Assembly: GCA_002104905.1 (NCBI GenBank)
Contig: MCFE01000249.1
Location: forward strand, 50,616 to 114,615
From: Basidiobolus meristosporus CBS 931.73
Taxonomy: Eukaryota; Fungi; Basidiobolomycota
Direction: 5' to 3'
DNA: 64,000 nucleotides
Below, piece by piece: positions 50,735 to 62,243 of this stretch (within the stretch, counting starts at the first letter, position 1; the number at the start of each line of letters is the position of its first letter). The notes beneath the pieces were generated by a model. That model was not told where the DNA came from. It saw only the letters and a program-made list of their open reading frames with translations, and ran no database searches. Both the position numbers and the translations under genes were made by a program.

Positions 50735-52780
50735 TCAGATCTGATACATGGCATCAATGTGTTCCTTGTACCGGTCGGCAATGTCGCGACGCTTCAATTT
50801 CTGCGCCGCGGTGAGTAGGTTGTTCTCCGGTGTCCATTCCTCATCGACAATATGGATGGCATGGAGCAATTCAGCAGAGACGAAATCGTTTCTCTTGGCG
50901 ATGGCAAGCAAATCATCGAGCACGGCCTTCTTGACCTCTGCATTCTGCGTCAGTTCAAGATGAGACATCGATTCGGACCCAGAGACATTTCTTTGCTTGG
51001 CTAATTTACGGAGCTTCTCCTCGGCGCACACCAAGATGGCGACTGGGCGGGCTTGGAAGGAGTTGGCGTACACGCAGATGTTGTCGGCGTACGCCGAGGT
51101 CTTGTAGAGCGACTCAAGTTTTTCCAGAGCAATGTATTCACCATTGGACAGCTTGACCAGGTTCTTCTTACGATCAATGATACCAAGGGTACCATCGGGA
51201 AGCCATTCACCAATATCACCGGTCATCAACCAGCCGTCCTCATTCAATATTTCTTTGGTAAGCTCTTCATTCTTGAAGTATCCCTTCATAACGGCAGGGC
51301 CACGAACCCACACCTCACCTTGAGGAGGGTTGTTGCTGCTGAGGTAGTTGGCCTCGGGAACATCCACAAGCTTGATTTCAGCACAAGGCACAGGCGGGCC
51401 GTTGGACTTGAGGACCTTGACGTCGGGGTTCATGATGGCAGCCATGGCGGTTGCTTCAGTCATTCCGTACGCTTGGAGAACAGTACAAATACAGGTAGTA
51501 AGGAAAGCTTGTGTCTCAGGGGCAATTGGTGCACCACCGGAGAGAGCGTAACGCAAACGACCGCCGGTTGCTTTCTTGATCTTGTTGAAAACCACGGTAT
51601 CCCAGATCCCAGAAGGAATACCCACGTTCTTCAAGAAGTTCTTGTTACGGAATGCCAAATCAAACACAACACGAGCCAACTTTCCGGAGGTCTGCACCTG
51701 TGACATGACGCTTTTACGGATGGTTTCCCAAACGGCGGGTACACCACACATGATGGTTGGGCAAAGTTCACGCAGATCCCCCTTGCAGTTGCGGACCGAG
51801 GCATCAGTGAGAGTACGGGGGCTACTGTATCCGATGGGCATACCCTTGAATACAATGTAATTCTCCACTGCGAATTCAAAGATATGTGCCAATGGAAGGT
51901 ATGCGATAATCACGTCGCTATCTGCCTTAAGAATAGGGCCAATCCATTTATCAACCGCTGCAATAGAGGCGACTACGTTTGCGTGAGTAATCATAACTCC
52001 TTTAGGGTTTCCGGTAGATCCTGAAGTATACATGATGCAGGCCACATCGTCAGGTTGGGGAAGGTTTTTCTCGACGAGATTTTGCTCTCCTAGCTGACGC
52101 ACCTCTTCGTAGGTGTGGATTCCGATTTCTGGGAAATCTCTCTTGAAGGAGTCAATAAGTGTTGGGTTTGCTTCGTCGGTGTAAATAACATTCTTCAAAG
52201 TTGGGACTTGGTTAGCAATGCTTTGTGTGACTGGAAGAAGGTCGGCGTTGGTGAAGAGTGTTGTGATTTCACCCTCGTTCAAGGCGTGCTTAAGTCCCTC
52301 GGCACCCAAGGTTTCATAGGCGGTAACAATGGTCATGGATTGTGAGAAACAGGCTTGCGACATGATATACCAATCGGGAGAAGTTTTGTTGAAGATGGTG
52401 ATTTTATCCCCAGCAGTCAAACCCAGCTTGAGAAGACCGCAGCCAATTTCTCTTGCAATGCGATCAACCTCCTCATAGGTGAACCAATTATAGGGACCAA
52501 GTTGGGAGTACTTCCATTTCTTTACTTCTTTCTTCATTACCCCTCCGACGTTTTTGGTCACTTCCTTTTGCTCCTCGATGATCTTCTCGACCTTACGATA
52601 TCCAAGAGCCTTCTTCTTACCACGGGTGCGGATCAGGTATGGAAGGAGGTCAGCTAGGGTTGTAATGTCCTCGCGAGGTCTGCTTAGGAGGGCATCTGGT
52701 GACAGATGGTTGCGGCGAGGCAAGGTCTCATTTTGAGGCTTTTCGGTGCCAACTTCGACGGAAAGCGACTTATTAACCAT
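50735..52780 (-). CDS. FAA1: Long-chain fatty acyl-CoA synthetase, intronless, 681 aa
   Basis: IMYTSGSTGNPKG, YLPLAHIFE, QAYGMTE, GWLMTGDIG, IIDRKKNLVKLSNGEYIALEKLE. Confidence 0.95.
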   Translation of the reverse strand: MVNKSLSVEVGTEKPQNETLPRRNHLSPDALLSRPREDITTLADLLPYLIRTRGKKKALGYRKVEKIIEEQKEVTKNVGGVMKKEVKKWKYSQLGPYNWFTYEEVDRIAREIGCGLLKLGLTAGDKITIFNKTSPDWYIMSQACFSQSMTIVTAYETLGAEGLKHALNEGEITTLFTNADLLPVTQSIANQVPTLKNVIYTDEANPTLIDSFKRDFPEIGIHTYEEVRQLGEQNLVEKNLPQPDDVACIMYTSGSTGNPKGVMITHANVVASIAAVDKWIGPILKADSDVIIAYLPLAHIFEFAVENYIVFKGMPIGYSSPRTLTDASVRNCKGDLRELCPTIMCGVPAVWETIRKSVMSQVQTSGKLARVVFDLAFRNKNFLKNVGIPSGIWDTVVFNKIKKATGGRLRYALSGGAPIAPETQAFLTTCICTVLQAYGMTEATAMAAIMNPDVKVLKSNGPPVPCAEIKLVDVPEANYLSSNNPPQGEVWVRGPAVMKGYFKNEELTKEILNEDGWLMTGDIGEWLPDGTLGIIDRKKNLVKLSNGEYIALEKLESLYKTSAYADNICVYANSFQARPVAILVCAEEKLRKLAKQRNVSGSESMSHLELTQNAEVKKAVLDDLLAIAKRNDFVSAELLHAIHIVDEEWTPENNLLTAAQKLKRRDIADRYKEHIDAMYQI

Positions 52781-53486
52781 ATTATAATTAAGAACCGGGA
52801 ATTATATTAACAAGGATATACGAAATGAGTGATGTCTGTGAATGAAAACACTAGAAGATTCGAATGTTCGATGGTCTTCAACCTAATGTGTGGAAAAGGA
52901 AAGCTGAGCTTAAAGTGTATGCGCATCAACCAAGGGGGTCTATTATATAGTCGTGTCTCGATGGCATTGATTCACACACCAAAAATTTTGGGGGCCTACT
53001 CGAGCCACTTAGGGTTAGGAAAGAATAACTATTAGCTGCCTGCCTACTATGTCAGTATTGCACTGGATCCAATTTAACGAGTGTTCGAAGGAAATTTCTT
53101 TTTTGGTTCATTTGAAACTCAAATGCATCTCAATTAGACGGCATTATAGAGATACAAAATGTGAACAAGTAGATAAGAGATTCGAAATTAGGGGATTCCT
53201 GGGAGAATTATGGAGTTTTGCCGAACATCCATTGGAGTCCGATTTCACGATTAGCCGGTTATATCAGCTAAAGCCCAAACGAAGGCCAAATTGCCCCAGT
53301 GGCAGTAGTTAATAACTCCATACCCTTTGTTACCTTGGGTGGTATATGGTTTTCCTCCATCAAGTTACCGCCATTCCGAACACTCTGTATTCTCGATTAA
53401 TCGGTTCCTTTTTTGTTTATTTATCATGCTCGACCCAAACTCCAGTTGACTCTTTTGCCAGTTACACGTTCAGTACGAAGTTGCTG

Positions 53487-55597
53487 ATGTTAAGATTGGG
53501 ATACAGAGCTTTGCGTATATCCCAACCTCACCTGCCCTATGGAGGTGTACACGGGTCTCATTTGGGGAAAACCTTAGCTCTTGTGAGAGGTTTGTCCAGT
53601 CATTCGACATGTGGTATTCCCTTTACAAGTAAGCCAAACACAGTAGAACAAGAATCTTACGACTTGATGACCTAGAAATCAAATACCCGGATGGGAAGGA
53701 GCTTCTGACCAAAACTGCCAGCTCGTCGAATGAGAATCACGTTACCCTAGAGGAACTTATTGATAAAGTATATCCTACATACCTGAAGTTTGGTGACTTA
53801 ATTGGCTAATTGTCGTATCCTTTGGTTGGACAGAAAAATCTTCGAAAGCTATTCCTAGCTACTTACCAACTTGAGATTGACTGGCTATTGTCGAAGCTTC
53901 CTCGTAGTATCCCTATATGTTTGGCTCGGAATTGGGATCGTCTTTCGGGAGAACAGGTATCTCTGGGACGGATAAACACTGAGGTCCTCGTATCTTTGCT
54001 AATAAAAATCCATAATATAGCCCGGAATTTCGTCACTGCATTCCAACTTCACCGTTGTTCACCCACCTTTATCCGAAAACCAATACGGGAGTATGCACGC
54101 GAAGCTTTTCATTTTGTACTACGACGAATTTATACGGGTGGTTGTCACCTCGGCAAATATGGTAAGACAACGGGCTAATTGCAATCAAGAGTATACCACG
54201 CTAATCGGAAAAGCAATACAACAGACTTCACTGGATTGGGAAACGTTCGAAAACGTAAATTGAGGCCATCTCGTTAGAATTTCCTTGAGGCAAACACTCA
54301 CTTTTTATGCCAAGGCCATATTTGTACAGGATTTCAGTCGAGCACATAGCGAGGCGGTGCGTCCATGTGCGTTTGGTAGAGATTTGTACCATTTTCTGGG
54401 TGCGCTACGTATCCCTAACTTTATCCGGAATACCTTGACTGGTTACGACTTTTCGACAGCGAAAGTGCGGTCTTTCAGTTGTTTGCATGGGAATCTCTCG
54501 TTAAAACTCCATTCTAGGTTACCCTCATTCCCTCTGTACCAGGTGCACATCTACAGAACCAAGAGGAGGTCTACGGCCACAAGAAGATAGCCCAAGCCTT
54601 AATGAAGCATGGCTTGATGAGCAACTGCAGCGACAACAAAATGACTCTGGAGTATCAGGTTGGGTTCTAATCAGACTCGCGCGGTGTTACCAAGTCCTGA
54701 CTCCAGAGCTTGCCAGACCAGCGCTTTAGGGCCGATCGATGATTACTGGTTACGGGAATTCTATCGATCTTGTAGCGGAGGATTGTTGGCGAAGGACGTG
54801 TATAACATGAAGGAGCTCCCAATTACAATCATTTACCCGTCTCAAAGTACTATCAGAAGTGCAAACCATTGGGTAACTAGTATTCGCGCACTTGACGTCT
54901 ATGTGGCCTAACGAATGCTTATCTGCAGCAGCAGCATCAATTCCATCTGAAAGAAGCCTACTATTCCAGAGACAGCTTTCCAAAGCAGCTTCTCAGAGAT
55001 TCGATTTCTAAAAGCCCGGGAGCGTTGAGCCACTCAAAGGTAGCTGGGCCACCTACCTTGCACCCAACCCTTCTGACACTCTTCCCGCAGGTGTTTTTGG
55101 CTAGGTTGCAGAAGTCGGTTCCGATGGCGGATACCGATGAGCATGCGATTGGGTGGAGTTACCTAGGGTTAGTACATACAGCAGTGAGCATGATGTTGGG
55201 ATGGTGCAGTAATGCCAATGTTTGTTGTTGCAGAAGCCATAATCTTTCCCGCGGAGGATGGTTTGTGATTCGGCTAATTCTCATATGGAGTGGGACTAAT
55301 CTGCGTATGAAAGGGGGCGAGGGACTAGCTTTTTACCAGGCAGTCGGCTCCGAAGGTACCACTTGAAGATCAACAATTTCGATTTGGGTGTGTTGAGGAT
55401 CATCACCTCTGATTCGCCCGTAGACGATCCTCAAGAAATCCGCTCCAGGCTGGCATCCTACACTGCCTCATCATATATTTCGCCACCGCCACCCTATGGC
55501 TCCTCAGATCATCCACACGTAAGCTGTCAATCAAGCTTGTGCAGTACCATATTCCTAACCGTCCTTCTACTTGTAGTTTGATCCCCCTGAGATGTAG
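53487..55597 (+). CDS. TDP1: Tyrosyl-DNA phosphodiesterase 1; multi-exon, with an N-terminal extension
   Basis: First HxK motif MHAKLFILYY...RVVVTSANM, second motif LSHSK...WSYLGSHNLS, then NFDLGVL and PPPYGSSDHP. Start and last exon are less certain. Confidence 0.85.
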
Positions 55598-55693
55598 ATT
55601 ATATCCAGCGCGAGTAAAGACGATCCTTATGTTTCCGGTAGCCAATCAGATTCCCTGCCCATGCTTATTGTGGCTACTATATCATATTGGTGG

Positions 55694-55729
55694 GGTGGTA
55701 TGGGTGGTATGGGTGGTATGGGTGGTATG
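55694..55729. repeat. (GGTGGTATG)x4 perfect tandem repeat between convergent TDP1 and ketopantoate reductase 3' ends
   Basis: Four exact 9-nt units. Confidence 0.95.
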
Positions 55730-55813
55730 CATATCCATGGTGGGAGTAGATGCTACAGTGTGTCTAGTTTGAAAAGTGCGCACAAAACTCTTTATTTTAA
55801 ATACACGAATGAC

Positions 55814-57043
55814 TCACAGTTGGGATTTTTGCTGCAAGTTTAGCGCATTGACAGCACTACATATCGAATGTGTCAGTTCCAAATGAGGCACATCCAATCC
55901 CTTGGCCTTGGCTCTTTTCAAGGGTGTACCGAGGATGGCTTCAACCTCCATTGGGCTTCCACGTTCTTTATCCAATTGCCTTGGTTAAAGGCATCAGTAC
56001 TGAGGAATTTTTCAAGGTCCCTTTTGGGGGGATAATTGTGTTGACTTACATTGAAGGCTTGTAGTTTTTAGCAGTAGACTCGGTTTTAGCAATCATGTTC
56101 AGCATTTGCTCCTCTAAATCAAAATCATAGCCATTGGCTACGGCAGCCTGAATCACCTCGCTCATCACTTGCTTTACAGCCTTCATAGCCTCTGCATTGT
56201 TTAGAACTTCAGTTGTGTTCATACCCGTCAACGTGCAGACAGGTGAAAAGGCGGCATTCCTACAAAAAAGCAATGGTCAACCTCAACGCTCGCCTTTGGC
56301 CCTCAGGAGGTACCTTACCAAAACAATTTTTGCCAGCGAACACGCTCAACGTCGTCAACCACTTGAACATCGACACCCCCTTGCCTCAAAAGCTCTACAA
56401 ACTCTGCACGCTGCTTATCCGAATTGGACTTGGCAGGTAGATACTTGCCTACTATCAAGGATTCGTGACCAACCATGGTAATCTTTCCAGGCTCATTTTG
56501 GGAAGTCCCGATATAAGCCACGATGGAGACGATGGGATTCTCGGGAAATCGGTCCGTGATGGGCTCTTCGACTCCAAGACCGTTCTGAATAAGAACGATG
56601 GTGGTGTCTTTTGTAACGGCGGGGGAAATAATGTCGGCGACATTGTATACTTCAGGTAGGGCTTTGAGAGTAACCAGGATATAGTCAAAGGGTTTAGTGG
56701 CGTCGAAACAGTCGGAAACGGTTCTGGCAACTGTGTATATATTGAAAATATGTGTGAATCATTGACTGTATCTCCCCACTTTCAACTCCTCCGTTACCTT
56801 CGTTTGGTCTAAATATCTCGTTCCCAAACTTTTGAGTTTCCATACTGAAGCCGTTTTTTTTGACAGTTTCGAAATTAGAACGACATACGGTGGTGACATG
56901 GCAAGACTTGGCAAGTCTCCAAGAGTAAATAGCACCAACTGCACCAGTGCCGACTATATGTTCAAATACAAAGTTGAGGAGCGGTTTGTTGTCTTTAGGG
57001 ACGGAGTGGTTAATTTACCGGTCAATATGCGACGGGAAAGCAT
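55814..57043 (-). CDS. 2-dehydropantoate 2-reductase (ApbA/PanE family); multi-exon
   Basis: MLSRRILTVGTGAVGAIYSW Rossmann motif, VCRSNF, VLIQNGLGVE, RWQKLFWNAAFSP, YKPSMQLD...PMEVEAILG, ends QQKSQL*. Confidence 0.88.
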
Positions 57044-57103
57044 GTATCGAATATGTACAGAGAAACAGGGAACCAGAAGGAATTTTGTATTCAGAGTTGA
57101 AGC

Positions 57104-57211
57104 ATTAGAGATTTCTCACAATGAGTAATAACCATACGTATTCAATGGGTAATGTCCATACATATTAGAGATTTCTCACCGAATGAGTAACAACCATTCA
57201 TATTCGATCGG
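57104..57211. repeat. Imperfect ~48-bp direct repeat x2 (period 60) in the ketopantoate reductase promoter region
   Basis: ATTAGAGATTTCTCAC(a/cga)ATGAGTAA(t/c)AACCAT at 57104 and 57164. Confidence 0.85.
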
Positions 57212-59376
57212 TGTTAACATGATTGGTTTCTGTGTTTATGAACTCGATTGAATGTTCTTGATGTGGTTGCTGAGGAGCGACTGCTTGTCCGTGTGAAGAG
57301 TCACCGTTCAATACCCACGATTGCCATGAATAGAGGTCCGTTCACGTGTAGAAACCAAAACGAGCGCTGCATTCTGTTTATGGGAATCGGGATTGGTAAA
57401 CATCATAAAATGGCAGTCCATTTAAGCCAGCTTTTTTTTGCGAATGATTATAAGAAACGTCACTACGCTGTGAAGTGGCCAAAACAGAATCAGGAAGTGC
57501 TGATGGGATAATCAAGTCAAGTAGAGACTTGCCAAGTATTTCAACCAAGTTAGAAATGTAGGAATTATCGGAAAGTGAGAATGGGAGGAGACAGCCAGGG
57601 TACTCTCTCCATGGGCTGCAGGCGTATGAAGTATAGGCAAGTGCTGGGTCTTTGGAGCCGGACTGCCTGATCAGCCGAGGCGATGTGGATTAATCAAGAC
57701 TCTGGTCGGCATCTGTCAAGGAGAACCAAGGTCGCTTGATGTTGCTTCGTACAACGACCGAGTCCTTGGAGTAGCCCCAGTGTCTGGGTATTTCTGGGAT
57801 CACTAGACAGTGTATATATGGTTTGCGCTGGATGTGTTAGCTAACCAAGCCTGCGTTGAATGAACGTCAAACAAGAAGCTCATTTGGAACAATGAAGCCT
57901 CTCACTTTGAGCACTTCGATCAACCTGTCTGTACTGACAGGAATGTTGGGGAGATTGCTGCCTGGTTTGCCAATATATAATGATGTTTCTATTCGCTCAA
58001 TGCCACGCGAGTACCTGGCCATTATTCATTGCAACTTACGTATTTAAAAGCACTACTAAATATCTGCCAGAATATCTCTCATTCACAACATAGTGATATG
58101 CAGGTCCATGGGCTGTTTTCACTGTACCTTCAGCTCTATGTATATCACAAAGATTCCATCGATGCTAAACCCCAACTGGAAACTGGTTCCTCCAGAATAT
58201 CTGTGCTGACGAGTCTTTGGTTTATGACCGATTTGACTTTCAAGGTCAGTGGGCAATACAGAATTACAATGAAGGTACTTGTTGCAAAGTATTCTAGTAA
58301 ACTTAACAGCGCTATAACTGTCGTTATACTGATTCTCAGACTTCCCTGCTGTTGAGCTATCAAAACTAACTATAAGTTGCAGCAAAAGATTATGATGTCT
58401 ACAGATCTTGAGTTGTGCCTATAATTATTCCTGATGTAGAATTGGGCCTTGAGTGTGATTTCGATAAAAAAGCTGTTATTCATGATCATGATGAGATGCA
58501 GTTAATATTTGGGGCCTTTTGGGAGGTTTGATTATTTTAACTTGCGCTTCATTGACTATGCACGAAATTTATGGCTAGGGTTAGATTTTGTCAGGTTTTG
58601 CTACACTTCGAGTTAAGGTCCAAATAATATGAAACTGACCGGTTGTGTATACTTGTCTCATTTGTTGATGCATATCGATTGGCCACTTTTTGGCGAGTTT
58701 AGTATATCCATTCATGGATTCTGACAGGCCGAGTGAGGATTAGTGTATGGGAACGACCGATTACTAAGAGGTTTAGTGAAGACAGTAAAAATAGATGCCA
58801 CCTCCTACAAATCAATGCCCTGACTACCCTTCACCATGGAGGGCGGCGAAGCAGTACCTATATCCACTGTATCCTGTTTTCGTGTACATTTTGCAGTCAA
58901 GCATTCCGCAGTGAATGATTCGTTCGGAGATTTCCGATATAAATAAGGAGGGTGTAACTTCACTTAGTGTGAGAGGTTTCATATTAATATTGCTGATCGA
59001 TACACCACTCGCACATTGGCCTGAATTAATCTATGCACTCAAGTTCGTCTTGATGCCTGGTGTCTATCATTAGGGTTTCAGTTGCAAGTAGGCTAGCCAG
59101 GTGCCTGCTTTAGAATGGGAGCAATAGAACTTTGAGCAAGTAGATGAGTTCGAGATATCAATGTAGCACCACAAGCGAGTGCTTATTGTTATATGCCAAC
59201 AGTTCACTACTACTAACCTGAATCCGGTTTTGTGCATTCCTCATTAACTAACTTGAATAGGTCACCATTTCTAGTGGAGTATAAAGTAGCCTAGACAGGC
59301 CTTTTCTGACAGCACACTTTCTGATCTACCGGAGTAGATCCGACTTCATTTCTAGCAGGCTAGCAGGTTACACAAT

Positions 59377-60285
59377 ATGTTCTTTTCCAACCTCTCTCAC
59401 TCAGCTTTGGCGCTAATGGCACTAGTTCCAGTTGCCCTTGGCCATATGCAAATGATCCAACCTCCTCCTCGCGAGTCGCAGTACAACCCCACCTATAAGG
59501 GAGCCCCCGACTATGATATGGCTTCTCCATTGGACCCGGGGCGCTGGCCCTACCCTTGCCGTGGATACGGAAGAGGAGGGATAGTACAAACTGTCAAAGC
59601 TGGTGGTAACCTCCCTGTCAAGATCAGTGGAGGTGCTCCTCACAATGGAGGCCATTGCCAATTCGCTATATCCTACGATGACAGAACGTTTGTCGTCCTC
59701 AAGGATGTTTTTGATGATTGTTTGGTTGCGTCGCTGGATTACAATATTCAAATACCCGCTGGAGCACCCAGTGGCAGGGCTACTCTAGCTTGGGCTTGGA
59801 TCAACAAAACTGGTAATCGCGAGTATTACATGAATTGTGCCGACATTGAGGTTCAAGGTAGTACATCGGGCTTCGTTACTGGTCCCAAGCTGTTGGTTGT
59901 CAATCTCCCTGGATATGCCACTATCCCTGAGTTCACCAACGGCGGATACAGCGGCAAGGATCTATTCTCAAAGAGGTCAACTGTAAGTATTACCGGGAAT
60001 GGTGGTAGTGTGGTAGATCCAAAGCCCTCCAATCCTACGACAACGGCTAGGCCTTCGAAGCCCTCCTCCGTTACAAAGCCCACTAAAAAGCCTACTAAGC
60101 CTCCTAGAAACCCACCGAAATTCGGCAGTGCGCTAGGCCGTTGCTCTGGCTATTCGAAAAAATGCGTAAGCCCCGGTAACTCCCAAGAGTTCAAGGTGTG
60201 TGCCAATGGATATGAATACATTCAACGTTGTGCACCCGGAACGGTCTGTCGTGGTGGCGTCAACCGGATTGAATGTGATTACTAG
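59377..60285 (+). CDS. Secreted AA11-type lytic polysaccharide monooxygenase with P/T/K linker and C-terminal six-Cys chitin-binding-like module, intronless
   Basis: 22-aa signal peptide leaves His as mature residue 1 (ALG|HMQMIQPPP). Second His in APHNGGHCQ, Tyr in NREYYMNCAD. C-terminal CSG...C...KVCANG...CAPGTVC...C. Confidence 0.85.
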   Translation: MFFSNLSHSALALMALVPVALGHMQMIQPPPRESQYNPTYKGAPDYDMASPLDPGRWPYPCRGYGRGGIVQTVKAGGNLPVKISGGAPHNGGHCQFAISYDDRTFVVLKDVFDDCLVASLDYNIQIPAGAPSGRATLAWAWINKTGNREYYMNCADIEVQGSTSGFVTGPKLLVVNLPGYATIPEFTNGGYSGKDLFSKRSTVSITGNGGSVVDPKPSNPTTTARPSKPSSVTKPTKKPTKPPRNPPKFGSALGRCSGYSKKCVSPGNSQEFKVCANGYEYIQRCAPGTVCRGGVNRIECDY

Positions 60286-60769
60286 TTAGTTTGGCAACAC
60301 TACGTTTTGCATATTCACCAATAAATATACCTTCATTGTAGCTTTAAACGCAATAGCCATTGGTATAAGAGGGCGCTGATCATGTCTGAGAGTATAGTGT
60401 GTACAGCCTGCAATCTATCAATTATTCATTTTGAGACTTATTTAGAGTGAATCTTCCAGAGAAAGAATGCCATTCTTGGTACTTCCAACTAGCTTATGGT
60501 AGTTGTTCATTTGCATTCATAGTGGTTGTGTATTACACAACGCCATAGCAGTACTGGATTTGTCCTGTTTGGATTGAAACGCACGTGGTGAAAGGGGCAA
60601 ATAGAGAGACTACATAAGATGTAAAATCCAGCTTAATACTAAAATCCAATATCCTGATTATATACTAGAAACCCATTTGACAATTCTATCTAATAACACA
60701 AATCCATATTTGATTTGAATTTACACCCTACTCACCATTATTAAGGTCTCTTAGGTCTGGGGTTAGGGG

Positions 60770-62234
60770 GGAGACAGTCACCAACAGATGAAATCTTTAT
60801 TTCAGTTGAAACAAAGGAGCCAGCACTACTGTTGTAGCTTTGATACTAGAGTGCGTAGCTGACAGGAATTTGTAGTTAAGTTAATAAGAAGTGATGATAG
60901 TTCTTCAGTGCTCAAGACACTGTTCAGTGGGAAGGGGGGTAGCAAGAGGGGTAAGAATGATTAGTGAACAACATCAATAGGGGAAATATGATAAGGATTG
61001 ATATTCATCATAAAGGGAGTGTGCTGCTGCAGATATTGCTGCCAAAGGTCTGTCAAGTACTTCAGGTAGGTCAGCCTGGGTTTGTCATGATCACATGACA
61101 ACCATGAACACCCATGCCAAGTTTCAGCTTCCTAGCTCAATTTCTAAGAGATTCCTTCTGGAACCTTCTACCACCTTCTAGAAAGTTCCTGACCATTCCA
61201 AAGCATTGTTACACAATGGAACATTCCATGGAAGCTTTCCATTGTATTTTTCATAGTCCAGTACCATATATGGAAGTACCAGGTCGCATGACTTAGTCAC
61301 ATGATCAGGTGACCCAATCCATTTCCCCATCCTGTCTCAGTGCTGTGTCATCTATGTCATTATCCCCAGCACCATTGCTGTGCCTCACCACACAACCCCA
61401 TTAGTATTAGCTAATATCTCTTGGCATCAGTATAGCCAAAAAGTATATATAGTCCTATCCCCCCTTAAGTATTCCACAGGTCTTGAATAAACAGCCTTGC
61501 CTTGATTCTGCTTGCTTGATGGTCCACACCTAAGTCCTTTCCTGCCGTGCCTAGCTTTTCCTCCTGCCTTGTGTCTATTCATAACAGGGTTTTTCTGACT
61601 GCAGAATATTATGAGCAAACTTCTTGACTTCAGGATCTCCATGTATAGTACTTCAGCAGGAGCCAGGTGTAGTGTGGTGTGTTCTCTTCCAGGCCTTGAT
61701 TAGTAGGTTGCTGCAGTGGTGAAGTCTGAGATATAATCTGGTTCTAAGATAGAGAAGTCTGATCTTATAGGGCATAAACCCAAAAGCACCAAGAATAGCA
61801 TGTCTGTAGGGGCATTCAGGCAAATGAGGCACCAAGGAGGTAATGCACCATACTGCAAACTTGTCAAGCTTAGTGCAGTCTCTAGAAGTAAGAAAGTGAA
61901 GTGGTAAGCCAAATTCCAGGACAGGGAAGACAAACTACTTGAGTAGAAGGAGGCAGCTGGGAGCCAAAGTTATGGGAGGAGTAACAACCAGTAGCTTGTG
62001 CAGTGCCTGTCTTGTCAGGATAATTCTCTTCTTCAGGTGTGCTCCAGAGTCTAGTCCAGTAGGAAGGAAAGAAATGCCAAGACATGTAGCAGAAGCCTGA
62101 GCAGGTAGAGTGGAGTTCTCTAAGTTGATAGGACACCCCAAAGGTACTGTCTTTGCAATGGAAAGCTGGAGATTATTCTTCTGCAGATACTGGTGGATGG
62201 TCTGCAAGTCTTGCTGTACATTGAAGGAGGATAG
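60770..62234 (-). mobile_element. Degenerate 5'-truncated non-LTR (LINE-like) retroelement
   Basis: RT post-YADD/thumb fragment QQDLQTIHQYLQKNNLQLSIAKT...ATCLGISFLPTGLDSGAHLKKRI runs in frame up to the junction at 62234. The 3' end has AATAAA plus a stem-loop and is about 95% identical to 63850-64000. Strong CpG loss. Confidence 0.6.
61083..61307. mobile_element. Possible solo-LTR-like insert within the LINE relic
   Basis: TG...CA ends with TGTCATGATCACATGACA / GTCACATGATCA motifs and nTTCnnGAAnnTTC arrays. No matching target-site duplication found. Confidence 0.25.
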
Positions 62235-62243
62235 GGTTAGGGG

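Noticed and set aside
53600-53700. Apparent -1 frameshift between the TDP1 N-terminal ORF and the body
   Set aside because: A 47-nt GTAAGC...GACCTAG intron restores the frame (ACA A|AA ATC AAA TAC), and there is no slippery heptamer.
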